Assembly: GCA_001179505.1 (NCBI GenBank)
Contig: CDMY01001052.1
Span: 124,001-188,000, forward strand
DNA: 64,000 nt
Direction: 5' to 3'
Source of the DNA: Vitrella brassicaformis CCMP3155
Lineage: Eukaryota > Protista > Chromerida
How positions within the stretch are numbered: the first letter of the stretch is position 1; each line of letters starts with the position of its first letter. Shown one piece after another: positions 12,461-24,703 of the stretch. The notes beneath the pieces are model-generated. The model ran no database searches. It was not told where the DNA came from and saw only the letters and a program-made list of their open reading frames with translations. The position numbers were made by a program, and so were the translations under genes.

Positions 12461-14434
12461 ATGTGGCGTGGCTACTCAGAGCTCAACGACGAGGGCATCG
12501 CTCCCCCACCCAGCGATATGCCCAGCGACTTCACCCAACTCAGCCGTGTGGCCCCTCCTCAGCTGGGCGGCGGCGGGGAGCCAGGCGGCATCTCGCGTGA
12601 GGTGCTTGACAGGACTCTCTGCCACTGCACCTGCCCTGTGAGCGGATCAGTCATGGAGGTCAGTCAGCACAGCACAGACAGGAGCTGAGGGGGTTGCTGA
12701 TGGTGCATTGGGCAACACAGGCCTCTCATTTCGCGTTGCATGTGTTGTCTGTCTGTCTGTCTGTCTGTTTGCGTCACGCGCAGGACCCTGTGGTGACTGT
12801 GGATGGACACTCCTACGAGCGCTCAAACATCACTCAGTGGTGGGTCCCGCTTGTCTGTCTGTCTGTGGTTTGTTTCTGGCTTCAACCTTTTTCTTTCTTG
12901 TGGCTGTGTGTGCTCGTGTGTGTGGTGCACGTGTGTTTTCAGGTTTGACCAGGGTCACGTGACGTCCCCGGTGACCGGCCTGCCCCTCCCATCCACCACA
13001 CTCATTCCCAACCACAGCCTCAGGTGCTCACGTCAGATGAGGAAGCAAGGAGTATGGGCGTATCCATTCGTCCCCCTGTGTGGGTGTGGTTGGCTCGCAG
13101 GCGGACCATCGACGAGCTGATGCGCCGCCCGGCGTCGACCAGACGACGCCACGAGGAAGACTACAGACCCGCACATAGGGTAGGTGCCGTGCCACCCATC
13201 GTAGTTGAGCACACTTAAGGTGATCGATGGCGTACACATGATCTGTAGGTGTCGCCTCCCATTTCGCCCTCCGCCCCTCCGGCTGCGGCTGCTGCTGGGG
13301 CTGCATCTTCCCCGGCAGACCCGCCGGCTGTCGGCTATCGGCGCGGCGCATCGGGCCACCACGCGCCATATGACTACGGGCAGTTCGGGCGAACCTTCAC
13401 CAACAGCTCCAACGGCAAGGGAGAGGCCATCGAGCTCCGAGCCGGTCAGACAACAGTGAAGGGGACTGGATGGATGGATGGATGTGTGTGTGTGCAGGTG
13501 GGGCTGTGGCTGTGCGGGGCAGGAGCCCGGCTGACGTTGAGCTCGGGGACACGGTGGTGTTCATCGAGCAGCCGCTGAAGCTGTTCCCCGGCGAGACGCC
13601 TCGATTCAGCTTCCGTGTGGTCGACATCGACGGGGGCGTGTCGGGGCTCGAAGTGGGCGTGTCGGAGGCGGCACCGCACTACTCGTACGCGAGACGGCCC
13701 ACAGAACACACGTCGAGGACAGAAATCGCTCACGGGGTTGTGTGTGTGTCCGCTGTGGGTGAACCAGCGAGACTCGGGTGGACTTGGCTGATTGGATCGA
13801 GTCGCGGAGCTGGCGCGTCGATGCAGCAGGTGAGACTGACTGAGGGGCAACGTGGACGGCTTGAATGCCATGCAGGCTCGTTGATGCACATGATGCATCC
13901 ATACCTACTACTGATGTGTGTGTGTGTGTGTGTGTGTGTGTGTCATCGTATCGATCGTCGTGCAGGCTGGGTTCATGTGGGTGACGATGCCACCATGTCT
14001 GGGTGGGACCCCGGCACACTCAGATCAGACGACCAAGTCCTGGTACGCTACGTTCGCCTCAGTCAGGAGAGCTCTGGAGTTCTGCACTGCACTGCTGCAC
14101 ACACCTTTGGTTGTGCGTGTGTGTGTATGTGTGCAGGTCCAGGTGTCGCCGCACGGCAATCTGCAGGTGTTTGTCAACGGCAAGATCAAGGTCGACTTCG
14201 CTGCTGGACTCATGCAGGACCCCAGTAAGAACGTCCATCCACTCACACCATACCACACAAGGGTCAGTCACATGCCTGCACCTCTCTCTCTCTCTCTCTC
14301 TCCCTGTGTGTGTGTGTGCATCAGATGTGCAGCAGCTGTGGGGGTTTGTTGCTCTGACGGGCATCGTGCAGTCGGTGTCGCTGCTGAGCGACGCGGAGCT
14401 CTCGAGGCAGGACAGGAGATCGCACAGGCCATGA
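12461..14434 (+). CDS. U-box + neuralized homology repeat (NHR) E3 ubiquitin ligase-like protein (multi-exon)
   Basis: U-box: CTCPVSGSVME|DPVVTVDGHSYERSNITQW|FDQGHVTSPVTGLPLPSTTLIPNHSL. NHR-like: TVVFIEQPLKLFPGETPRFSFRVVDIDGGVSGLEVGVSEAAP .. QVSPHGNLQVFVNGKI .. QLWGFVALTGIVQSVSLL. Confidence 0.8.
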
Positions 14435-15024
14435 TCGACCGACGGGCGTCCACACATCCACTCCACACAAAGAACAGCGTCCGGATGTCTGTGTGCTCGG
14501 CGACGATGCATTCATTGTGCGCTGTCCTCTGTTCTGCTTCCTCGTCTGTTTGTTTGTCAACCAGTGAGTGCCTGTCTGTCTTTCTCCTCGTGTCGTCCGT
14601 CCAGTGTGCGCAAGGCAGGCAGTCTCGTGTGTGTTTTGTACCAGTAGATAGACTTTTTCGGTGTTCGTTGCTGGCCGGGGGGGGAGGGGGGGACAGGCGG
14701 CCGTCGGCCTGTCTGCCTGTCTGTCTGTTCGCCTGCCTGAAGTTGTTGTATGTCTCTGCATATAGCTTTCATCTCGATCGACTCTTGTCGTTCGGTCACT
14801 CAATGGTCTGTCTCACTCACTGGCAGGCAGTCGAAAATTGCGAGTCAGACGCATGGGAGCCATACAGGAACGTACAGCCAGCCAACCATACACACACGCC
14901 ACAAAGTCGGTTGGTTCCTGATCGACACACACCACACCAGACAGACACACGCAAGAGATGCATGGACGCGCGCCTCCATCCCCCGCCCCAGCCGACGCCC
15001 CTACCATGCAACATTTAACGTCTG

Positions 15025-18000
15025 TCACCGCCAGCCGGCAATGGGCGCCTGACGCACGGCGGCACCACCCATCGGCCGTCGGCCAACCACAGCCGCAGCT
15101 GCAGGGGCTGGGTGTGGGTGTGAGTAGGGGTACGGCACCGCCGCGGGTATGTGATATGCTGGTGCTGGCGGGGGCGGTGGGGGTGCGGCTTTCTTCAACG
15201 GTGCTTGGGGTGGTGTGGCCATGATGACCTGGCGAGACACGGGGGGCCACTGCCGTGCTGCAATGGGCGGAGGCGCCGCCTGATCGACGATTCAGATGGC
15301 AGACACACCACACCACACCACAGCAGACACACAGGCACACACCAATATGACCTGCCTGTCAAGTACGGTACGCGCACATCTGTCTCGCTCACCGTTTGCT
15401 GTCGCCTGGTGTCCCTCCTAGGGCCAGGTGCAGCAACAAAACGGCCATGACTGGCATTCTTGGCGATCATGGCAGCAGCAGGTGGCGCGTGCACAACACC
15501 TGGGGCGGGGAACGGACGAAGCGGGGCTCTGTTAGGAGGATTCACAAGTGGGGCTTTCGGCTGGTGTGGCTGCGGCACTTTCGCGGGCACTCGAGACACA
15601 TACACACCTCTCTCCCGCGCCACAACAGGCGGCACCGGGCCGGGCTTCCTCCCTCCCTCCAGTTGAACATGATTCGCTGGCGGTGCCACAAGGACAGCAG
15701 GAGGATGCACCCCAGGCGGCGCGACGGTTGGCATGCCACTAGGCGGCTGCAGAGGTCGGTACACCACAGTATTGCCATGGTTCGCCGTCAGCTGAGGCGG
15801 GAGTTGGGGTGGGGGTGGCGCCTTCTTCGGAATCGCAAAGCTCATCAACCTCGGGTCGACCTGTATCATCCTCGGCGGGCTGGGCTGGGGGAACCGCGAG
15901 ATCGGCGTCATAGGCCGGGGCGGCAAAGGCGTCACCATCCCACCGTGGCTCGATTCAAGTATCGCCGGGGGCGACCAGAATCCCGCCTCTCGTCGAGGCG
16001 CCAGCACCCTCCTGTCCCGGCGCATTCCGCGTGGCGGCGCCTGAGGGCCGTGTGTGAGGAATGGGGGCGTGGGCGGGGCCCTCTTCGGTGTGATGGTGAC
16101 CACTGCAGGGTGGTGGGTGAGGACCACCGGAGGCGTGAACGGCGGAGTGAGCAGGGCACTAGTGGACGGCTGGTACATCAACGGGGAAAGCACCGCGCCG
16201 GAGCTCGACTTGGCGTACACGATGGTCGGGGGGCTCACTGGAGCAGCAGCAGGCTTCTCATCCTTGGCCGACGGACTTTCCTCCTCCTTCCTCTCCATCT
16301 TGTGGCTCTTCTCCTCTCCTTTGTCCGGCGGCATATGATCCTCCTTTGTCTTCTCAACGGTCTCGGCGGCAGCCTTGGCAGTCACGCCCGTCCCTCTCTT
16401 GGGGCTTTGGTTGCCTCGGTCCCGTGACGGCCTCGAAGCATTCGGTGCGAACCTTGGAATGGGCGGGCGGCGCTGCAAGTTGCTGGAGCGGCGGGTGGAT
16501 GATGAGTCGATGTCGGGTGAGTTGGGCGGCCGGCTCTTGTTGGCGAGTGAGGAGGGGGGCGGAGGGGCCTTGAAGTGCCTCGGCGGCGAACGAGCCCTCG
16601 CTGCCTCGCGAACCTACAAAAGAAAAGGTGCGTGTCTTGCTCTGTGTGTATGGTATGGTGGGTGTCTGAACATGCACAGCACACCTCGACTGTCATCTTG
16701 TGCGCCTTGGGTGGCGATACATCACGGTGTCTCACAGGCGGGGACAGCCGCAGGCTGTCTGACTGCTGGTGACGGCTGCACAACTCACCACCGACAGCAG
16801 CTGCAGTAGGTTGGGGCGTCTTGTCCTTCTCTCTCTCTGTCCCTTTGTCCCTCTCCCCCTCTCCAGCAACACCCTTGTCCACCGCTGGCTGCCGCGGCCG
16901 AGTGGGTGAGGTTCCCTGCCCGTTGCGATTGTAAACAGGGAAACGGTCCACAGCCGCCAGCACGGCCTTGTCCTCCTTGCCCACCAGAAAGATCTCCGTC
17001 GCAGCATCAGACACCGTCTGCACGCCCGAGTCAACGGTAAGGATGGGCTGCTGTTGCGGCTGGTGGTGGTGGGATGCTTGTGCTTTGGGAGGGGTGGTTG
17101 TGTCTCTCGGCGAGTCGAAGCGGGGTGAGGTGAGGCGCAGGTTCAGCTTTGGGTAGGGCAGTGGCAGTGGGGGCCGGGTGAGGTACCGTCTGGGCAGCTT
17201 GGTGCGCCGGGGAGGGGGCGGCTCCTTCACCGAGGGAGGGTCGAAAAGGTTCTCGTCACTGCCGTTGCGCGAATTGGTCTGCAACAGGCACACAATCCAC
17301 ACCACATCGATACGCCATTCCTATCAATGATCTGTGGTTGGTGTCTCCTCTCCTACCTGGAAAAACGTGGACGGCCTTGTAGACTGAGTCCTCGACATCT
17401 CTGCGCCGCACTCGCCCGTGGAAGCCCTCACGACCACTCGCGGAGCCGAAGGAGCCATGTGATTTTCCATTTCGTTCATGTATACGACCGGCGGCGGGGT
17501 GGGGGGGACCGCCTTTTGGGACACAAACGCGGGAGGCCGTCCCATCGGTGACTCGTTGCCGCCGTCATCCGCGATGGAGTTCACGAGCTCGTCATCGTGG
17601 GAGAAGATCGCCGCTTTCTTTGTGGCTGCTGCTGCTGCCGCTGCTGCCGCCGGTGGCGAGGCAGCCAGGCCACCCGACGGTGGTGCCTTCTTGACAGAGG
17701 TGGAGGCCTTCTCCTTCTCCCCCCTCCGTTTGGGCGGTGACGGGGATCGGCTGCTGGAGGCGCTGCAGCTGGCCGAGCTGGTTATCTCTTTCTTGCCCTT
17801 GGCGGCGCACTTCTCCCTGAGTTCCCTCATCCGATTGGCCTCCCTCTTCTCATATTGGTGGTCCAGCGTGTTCATGATTTCGGCGGGGTCGGGGTGGGCG
17901 GGGAACATGCAGAGCCCCTTGTAGATGGCGCGGCTCGTCATGGACCACGAGACGCTCTCCCTGATGCAGCGGTGCAGGTCTCTGTGGTCGTAGTTGAGGT

Positions 18001-20061
18001 AGAGAATCGGCGTCCACACAATACTGCAACACAGACAGACGCGGGGAGACATGTCTCTATGTGTGTGAGGGTGAGAGGAAAGGGGCTCACTCGAAGTAGT
18101 TTTCGAACAAGGGTCGGAGGATCAGCGAAATGGCAGATGTCTTGTAGAACCACCGCCTTCGGCCGCGGGAGCCGCCCCGTCTGCTCCTGGAGTGATGGCG
18201 GACCGTGCTGGGCGAGGGGTCCTCGAGCTTCACCCACTTCATGCCCTCGCTCGTCATGACCTCGCACGGCGCCACGGGCCTCCCCTTGTCATCGTTGATG
18301 TTCCTGAACCGATTCAGCCCATATTCCATCATCGACCTGATGGATGCCATGAGACACACAAGACAATACAACACGTCCATTTATAATTGGGGTTTGTCTC
18401 CACTGCTGGATGGGTGCTGGGTGTGTGGTTACTTGATTGCGTCCCACGACTTGACGATGCTTGCGTTGATGCTGCCCTGCGCCAGCCCGTGAGCGGCCCT
18501 TCCGGTGGGTGTGGCGGTGCTGACGGGCGAGGCCAGGTCGATGAAGTACATGACGGCGTGGCGGCCGGGAAAACCCCTCTCGCGCATCGTTATCTGCCCA
18601 ACACCAGGGGATCGGGAGTCATAAAGTTGATGTGTCCTGTGTCCTGTGTCCTGTGGCCTTCCTTACGGCGAAGATGGTGTGGCTCCGTGAAGGGTTGGTG
18701 TCCACATAATCGGTCTCCTTCTCAACGTGTCTGAGAGAGAGAAGCGCCGGAGACATAAACCATAGGGAGGGGGGGGGGGCGTGCGGTGTGTGGTTACTTG
18801 GCCGCGTCTCCTTTGAAGATGAGCTCGTACGCATCCGACTCCGAGAACACTTCCACCTCTGTCAGACCCTCTAGGTCCAGCGACCGATGCTTGATCTCGT
18901 CATACCATCCGATGGGGCACTCCCTCTCCCGAATCGACACCTAGTGCAAGAAAACACACACAGGGAAATATGCCTCGCCTGTCCTCTCTGCCAGCCTCTC
19001 TGTCTGCCCCTCGCCACTCACCGGTTTGCCGCCGTCGAGGAGGTCAAGCACCTCCCCCCGGAAGATCTCAAAGAAGGAAATGCCGAACGAGACATCACAG
19101 TGTCTTGGGAGCTTGGCGAGGAATCGCTTGGGGCAGGGGAAGATGGGCGGCTCGTAGCCGAACTCGCTGTCGTGCATCTCCTCAACCTTGACTCGTTCCG
19201 TCCTGATGCCCAGGTGGATCCGGGGCTTGTTGTGTGCCAATGAGAAGAGGGTCGAGATGGCCCGGGGGATGAGGCCGCGGTGGTCCACTGACCCAGGGCC
19301 GCCTGCAAGCATCGATCGCAGTCATGACCCAGACGGATGTCAGTGTGAGAGAGGTGCGTGGCCATCCAACCCCCCCACGCACTGTGCACTGACTCACCGG
19401 TCATGCCGAACGTCTTGCCGCTGTTTGGGGGCCCGAAGGCGATGAACACGTTTGTCTGGATATTGAAGTAGAAGTCCCGCACACGCGTCTCCGCAGCCTT
19501 CTTGTACACTGCTTCCTGGGTCGTGGCTGCACAGCACAGCAGAGAGAGGGACGCACAAACGCCAGCCAATGCAGCGATCGATCTCTCTGTGTGCGTCCCT
19601 CTCCTCTCTCCTCCTCTGTCTGTCTCTTCGCCTCTGTCTGTCTACCTGGAGCAAAAACCCAGTCGAAGAGAAATCGGTATCCCTCGCCGGCCTTGCCTCC
19701 GAAAAGGCCGCCGGATCCCGTCGGTCCGGGGAAGAAGTGAACGTACTGATCCCCAAACGTCATGCCCGCCACCTTCTGGTCTGCAATGAGCGACAATGTC
19801 ATACATAGGACAGGATCTCGTCTCGCTGTCTCCTCTCTGTAGATCCATGCTGCAGACTGCAGTGTGGTGTGTGAGAGTGTGGACGGCGTCTCCCCACCCA
19901 CCTGTGCCGAGACCCATGGGCGGCAGAGGGGAACGGCCCATGACGCAGTAGACGTTGCTGAACTCGTGTGAGTAGAGGCAGGTCTCCCATCGGCCAGGGG
20001 GGTGCCCCACCTTCTGCGGTGAACCCTCAGACAGCAAACTCTGGAGACTGTGAGGGGCCAT
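15025..20061 (-). CDS. Divergent kinesin-like protein (N-terminal motor domain, kinesin-9-like flavour; long Pro-rich tail; multi-exon)
   Basis: YRFLFDWVFAP; Walker A AFGPPNSGKTFGMTG; HRGLIPRAISTLF; ISFFEIFRGEVLDLL; LEGLTEVEV; PSRSHTIFA; FIDLASPVS; SINASI; YKTSAISLILRPLF; more than 800 aa of low-complexity Pro/Ser-rich tail. Confidence 0.85.
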
Positions 20062-20651
20062 TGCCAAGACAGAGGCTGAGACGGGGAAAGGGGGAGGGGA
20101 GGGGGGGTCTTCGCGAGCTCGGTGCAGTCTCACACTTTCTCACAGTCACGGCAAAAGGGGGAAGGGGTTCAGCAGAACAAGGTCAGCAGTATCGAAATAG
20201 GGGCGATTCAACGAAGCAGTGACGAAAGCAGGCTGGTTTGCGAAAGGCGATAGGCGAAGGGGGGGCGGCATGCCAGGGTTTAGGGCAATGCCCAGACAAC
20301 TTCTGCCGTGCCGGCCAGCGAGAGGCAGATACGACACACACACCACCTGTATACGATAACCCTACTCACAAGTTCTAATTTCTACCCACAGAATGTCATC
20401 CATCCATCCATCCGAGTGGATGCCATCACACGCAGATGCAATAAACCACCGCCACTGACAAGCGCTAGAAAGACGAAAAAGAGACCACACGCACACCACT
20501 CGCTCACTCATTCGCGAGTGTGAGTGTCCATCCATCCACACACTCCCTGCGGCCGCATATGCGCAAAAACCCGCTGCGGCCAGCAAACAAGCCTTCTGCA
20601 CACATCCTCGTGTGTAGTGTCGATCTCCCTCCCCCCGCTCTCTTTGTCCGT

Positions 20652-22880
20652 CTAGCCTTCCCCGCTGACGAGGAGATGAATTAGGTGCGCCGCACTGTGT
20701 GTGGTGCCCAGCACCGCCCCTCCCACACCCAGGGCGATGCACAGACACTCGCGCACTACCTGCCAAGACCGCAACTCATCCCACCTGCCACACACACACA
20801 CACACACAGAGCACGGACACGTGTCGCAGACACGTAGAAAGTGTGTTGACTGACGTACCTCAGTTTGAGGTGGAACAGGGCGGGCAGGAGGAATGCCAGG
20901 CATGTCGACGCAGAGGACCCCACGAGTGAGATGAAGATGTTGAAGTTGGGGACGGCCACTGACACCATGCCCGTGAGCACCACGAGGGATGCCCGCAGCA
21001 GGTTGCCCTTCCACGAGCATGTCCCCACCAGCCGCTGGTCCTTGCAAAGCGTCTCCTCCAGAATCTCGAAGACCGGCACTAGCATGATGGGGTATGTGAG
21101 GAAGAGGCCCAGGCTCAGCGCGCCCCTCACCAGCACCGAGATAACGTTGTGCGGCAGATTGTGCGTCACAATCTGACATACAGGCAGCAAACAGGGCAAG
21201 TAGAGTGTCCCCCGTCCGCTTCTGTGTCTCTGTGTCTTGTGCATTGGTTGGTACCTCGTCGGTGTCGCTTCCGAACGCACAATACCCCAAGAGGCCAAAA
21301 GAGATGAAGAGGGTGGTCACGAGCAGCATGTTGAGGGACCACAGCTTCTTGAAGTGCTGCTTGTCCTTCATGCTGTTCTCAATCGGCAGAACCATCCCTA
21401 CATACACAACACAACACAACACACGCACCATCAGTCGGGCCTCCGTGTCACAATACATTCATTCAGGGCTCACTCACCAATGCCCTCAAAGCAGTACAGG
21501 CCAACACCAAAGAAGAACGGCAGCGTTGAAGACCTCGCAATGGCCACAGCGGGCGGCGCCTTCCGCACAGCAACCAGCCGATGCAAATCGAAGAAGTACA
21601 CCACTCCCAAGCCAAAGAGGTTGGTGGCATCGGCGAGCAGGGACGACCATGCGAGATGGCGCATGTCGCGCAGCCAGCACAGGAGGACCAGCAGTGGGAG
21701 GCAGTACATGACGATCTCGCCGAAGGATACAAAGTGGAACACGTTTGCCAGGTTCTCGCCGATGAAGATGAGATACGCAATGCAGAAACCTACACACACA
21801 CGAACATAGGTAGAGAGGGGGGAGAAGTGGCCAGCCATTCACACACGCATAAACGACAGCATTTGCCCGTCCAGTCCATCCGATCCGCATCACCGACCTG
21901 TCTGCGTGATGACCAGGAACACCTCCACGACAACTGAGCCGGTCTTGCCGAAGGCGTGCCACCCAATATCGCCATATGTCTTGATGTTCTTGTGCCGTTC
22001 GTTCATCAGGTAGTACTTGCAGTCCACCAGCAGCAGCATGCAGTGCAGGGCTGTCACCGCCAGCAGCGACAGGAAGGCAGTGCCCAGCAGCACCCCAGAC
22101 TGGCTGAAGGCGTAGGGCAGGTCCAGTATCCCCGCGCCGATAAAGGCGATGAAAGCATTCAGCTGCACGTCCCTCACGCCACGCACCCACACAGACAGAC
22201 AGACAGACAACGAGGGAAGTCGCATAATGACCCGCCACTGTTCCTCCTCGACGCACCTCCGTTTTCGCGAGCCCGGTTCCCTTCTTCTCGTCAGTGCCTA
22301 TGTCAAACACCACCGGCCCAGGCTCGACCATTGGCGAGGTCTCTTCATGCAGCGCAATGTCATCAGCAGACTCGCCGCCCGTCGCCTTGCCCCACTTGTG
22401 CGGCATGATGGGCGTGTCGGACGACGGGCTGTCATCGCTTGTACGCGAACGAGTTGAGATGCGGCCCCCGATGGCGGGATCTGCCGCAGGAGAGGCGTCG
22501 TAATCGTCCTCTTCTGGCTGGTCCCCCTCCCACTCGTCATCGTCTGCCCGCAGTCCGTCCCTCTCGTCAGTGCGGATCTTGCTTTTGGGCAGGGGGAGGG
22601 AGGGGTCGCCGCGAGAGGGGCTGGGGGTGTGCGCAGAGTCGTGCAGAGCTCCGCCAGTGAGGCTACTCCCACGGCTGATCAGGGTGATGTCACTCAGCTC
22701 GGTCTCTTGTCTGCCGAACACGGCTGCCGTGGGGCGGTGGCTCGATGATGACACGGGAGTCTGCTGATCATCGTCCACATAAGTTGTGCGAAGCGAGTTT
22801 GCTGTGTCCGTCCAGGTGGAGTGCAGACTCGAGGGCAGCGGCTCCTGGTCGGTGTCAGAGTCAAAACGTGACGAAGCCAT
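20652..22880 (-). CDS. AAAP-family (SLC36/AVT3-like, Aa_trans) amino-acid transporter with long acidic N-terminus
   Basis: NAFIAFIGAGILDLPYAFSQSG; KTYGDIGWHAFGKTG; GFCIAYLIFIGENL; FFGVGLYCFEGIG|MVLPIENSMK; LGYCAFG; LFLTYPIMLVPV; AVPNFNIFISLVGSS; AFLLPALFHL. Confidence 0.93.
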
Positions 22881-23081
22881 CAGAAGGTTGTCAGATCACG
22901 CCAAGGACGGCATCGAGGTGGGGAGGGGAACGGGATGTGCTCCCATGAAACCCTTTGGCGATCTGACCCTAACTCCTATGTCATATTTTCTGACTCCTTT
23001 TGCAAGTAAGGCCTCATTTCTGGTGTGTATACTGCTTGCTGTGTGCAGTTGAGCCGCGAGATCTGGAGGATAATCCTTTTG

Positions 23082-23655
23082 ATGGAAGCAACACAACGAC
23101 CCGCGAGAAAACACAGGCGTCGTCCAGGGCTGTACTCGGCAGAAGAGGTGGCGCTTCACAGCACGCCCGATGATGCCTGGATCGTGTACGAAGACAAAGG
23201 TGACGATCTGGTCACATTCACACATTCGCCTTTTCCTCGCTGGTGGAGTGTGTGTGTCACTTGCTCTTCGGTTGGCTCCTCTGGTTTGATGCAGTGTATG
23301 ACGCCACCAGTTATATCCGTGACCACCCGGGCAACCACTTCGCCCTTCTCTCCGTCCTCGGCCGCGATTGCACCCAAGAAATGGCCGACGTGAGTGGTGC
23401 GGCCAGCCACAGAGTCGCACAGACCACAGATGCTTGGTTGGTTGTGTCTTGTGTGCATTAACTCAGTATGGCCACTCGACATACGCCTACAGAATACTCA
23501 ATGGCTTGTACATCGGCGACCTGAGGAAAGACCCTGACGAGCAGCCGGGAGACGCCTGCTCTTACGGTCGCTTTGGGTCTCTCGTCGCCCTGCTGCTGCC
23601 GCCATTGCTGCGGCCTTTGTTCCCGGCACTTGCCTTCAGCAACTTGCACGCGTAG
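23082..23655 (+). CDS. Cytochrome b5-like heme-binding protein (3 exons)
   Basis: YSAEEVALHSTPDDAWIVYEDK|VYDATSYIRDHPGN..LGRDCTQEMAD|YGHSTYAYRILNGLYIGDL; both heme-ligating His (HPGN, GHS) are present. Confidence 0.88.
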
Positions 23656-24120
23656 CTGTGAGGCAGGCAGAGGTAGTCTCGATGGTTTTGGCGGTTTTGT
23701 TGGTTTTGTTAAACTGAACGATGTGGAGTGACTTTTGAGTGACTGTATGTTAGGTGTGTATAGGGAACGGCTCGTACAGACAGATATCTTCTAAGCATCC
23801 TGCGGTATGGCCGCAGATCGCTCGCATATATATATGGCATGGCCATATACGATAGGCAGTAATGTGTAGACACAGAAAATGAGAAAAGGGCACACGCGTC
23901 CGTCCCATGAGATGTGCAGTCAGCTGGAGAACTCACGATGATTGGTGGCTGCGGGATTGGCCAACGACGCCGTATGTGCTTCGAAGCACTCGATCAATGA
24001 CATCCATCCATCCATCCATCCATAGTTGTGCCGAGCCGGCGGCTGTGAGTTCTCCAACTCACAGAGCGTGTCTGTCTGTCTGTTTCTGCTTTGCGTGCGT
24101 GTGTGTGTGTATACGTGCAG

Positions 24121-24305
24121 ATAGCAGGGGCAGTGGGCGGACGGCCAGCGTCACGGCAAGGGGGTTGCGTACGACCGCGAGACGGGCGGGATGAAATTCG
24201 ACGGCGACTGGCAGAATGGCCGCTTCCTGAAGGGCACCTTCTGACGCTACAACAAGGGCAAGCTCGTAAGCCAGGGGCAGTGGAAGGAGGGCCAGCCTGT
24301 CTCCA
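24121..24305 (+). pseudogene. MORN-repeat pseudo-exon with two in-frame stops
   Basis: After a (TG)n..CAG acceptor at 24120: *QGQWADGQRHGKGVAYDRETGGMKFDGDWQNGRFLKGTF*RYNKGKLVSQGQWKEGQ; TAG at 24122-24124 (where MORN has Y) and TGA at 24242-24244. Confidence 0.75.
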
Positions 24306-24703
24306 GTCAGTTGACTGACTCAATAATCAAGGGAGGGAGGGAGGGAGGACCGACCGAGAGATGCATCATGGACAATTGATTATGCAGTGGTAATCATCGA
24401 CTGACCACTTGCAACGCCTGCTTTCCTTGACGACAATTTTCATTCTGGGTGTTGAAGATGCCAGCAATGTATCATGGCAGAGTTCGTATAAAACCTAAAT
24501 CCATCCAGCCACATGACACACATAGTTCCGTCTCCTACCTGCTTACCTTCAGCAATTAATACCTACGTCAGTCATCTACATGCCTATGACCTATGTATGT
24601 GTGTATGTTGTGTGTGTGTGCGGCACGACACGGCACATGATCGATCCTAGCTGGCTTCTGGCTGCATGGCCGTCGCTCCGTTCGTCGAGCTAGTGTCACT
24701 CGA

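Noticed and set aside
15396-16427. Long antisense or alternative-frame ORFs (for example 15396-16427 +, 42451-43506 -, 52007-52316 extension)
   Set aside because: These are shadows of GC-rich, low-complexity coding sequence or microsatellite translations (CVCVC, THTHT) with no domain signal.
24122-24244. Stop-codon reassignment or readthrough explaining the MORN stops
   Set aside because: TAA, TAG and TGA all terminate intact genes in this window, and the two interruptions are different codons; pseudogenisation is simpler.
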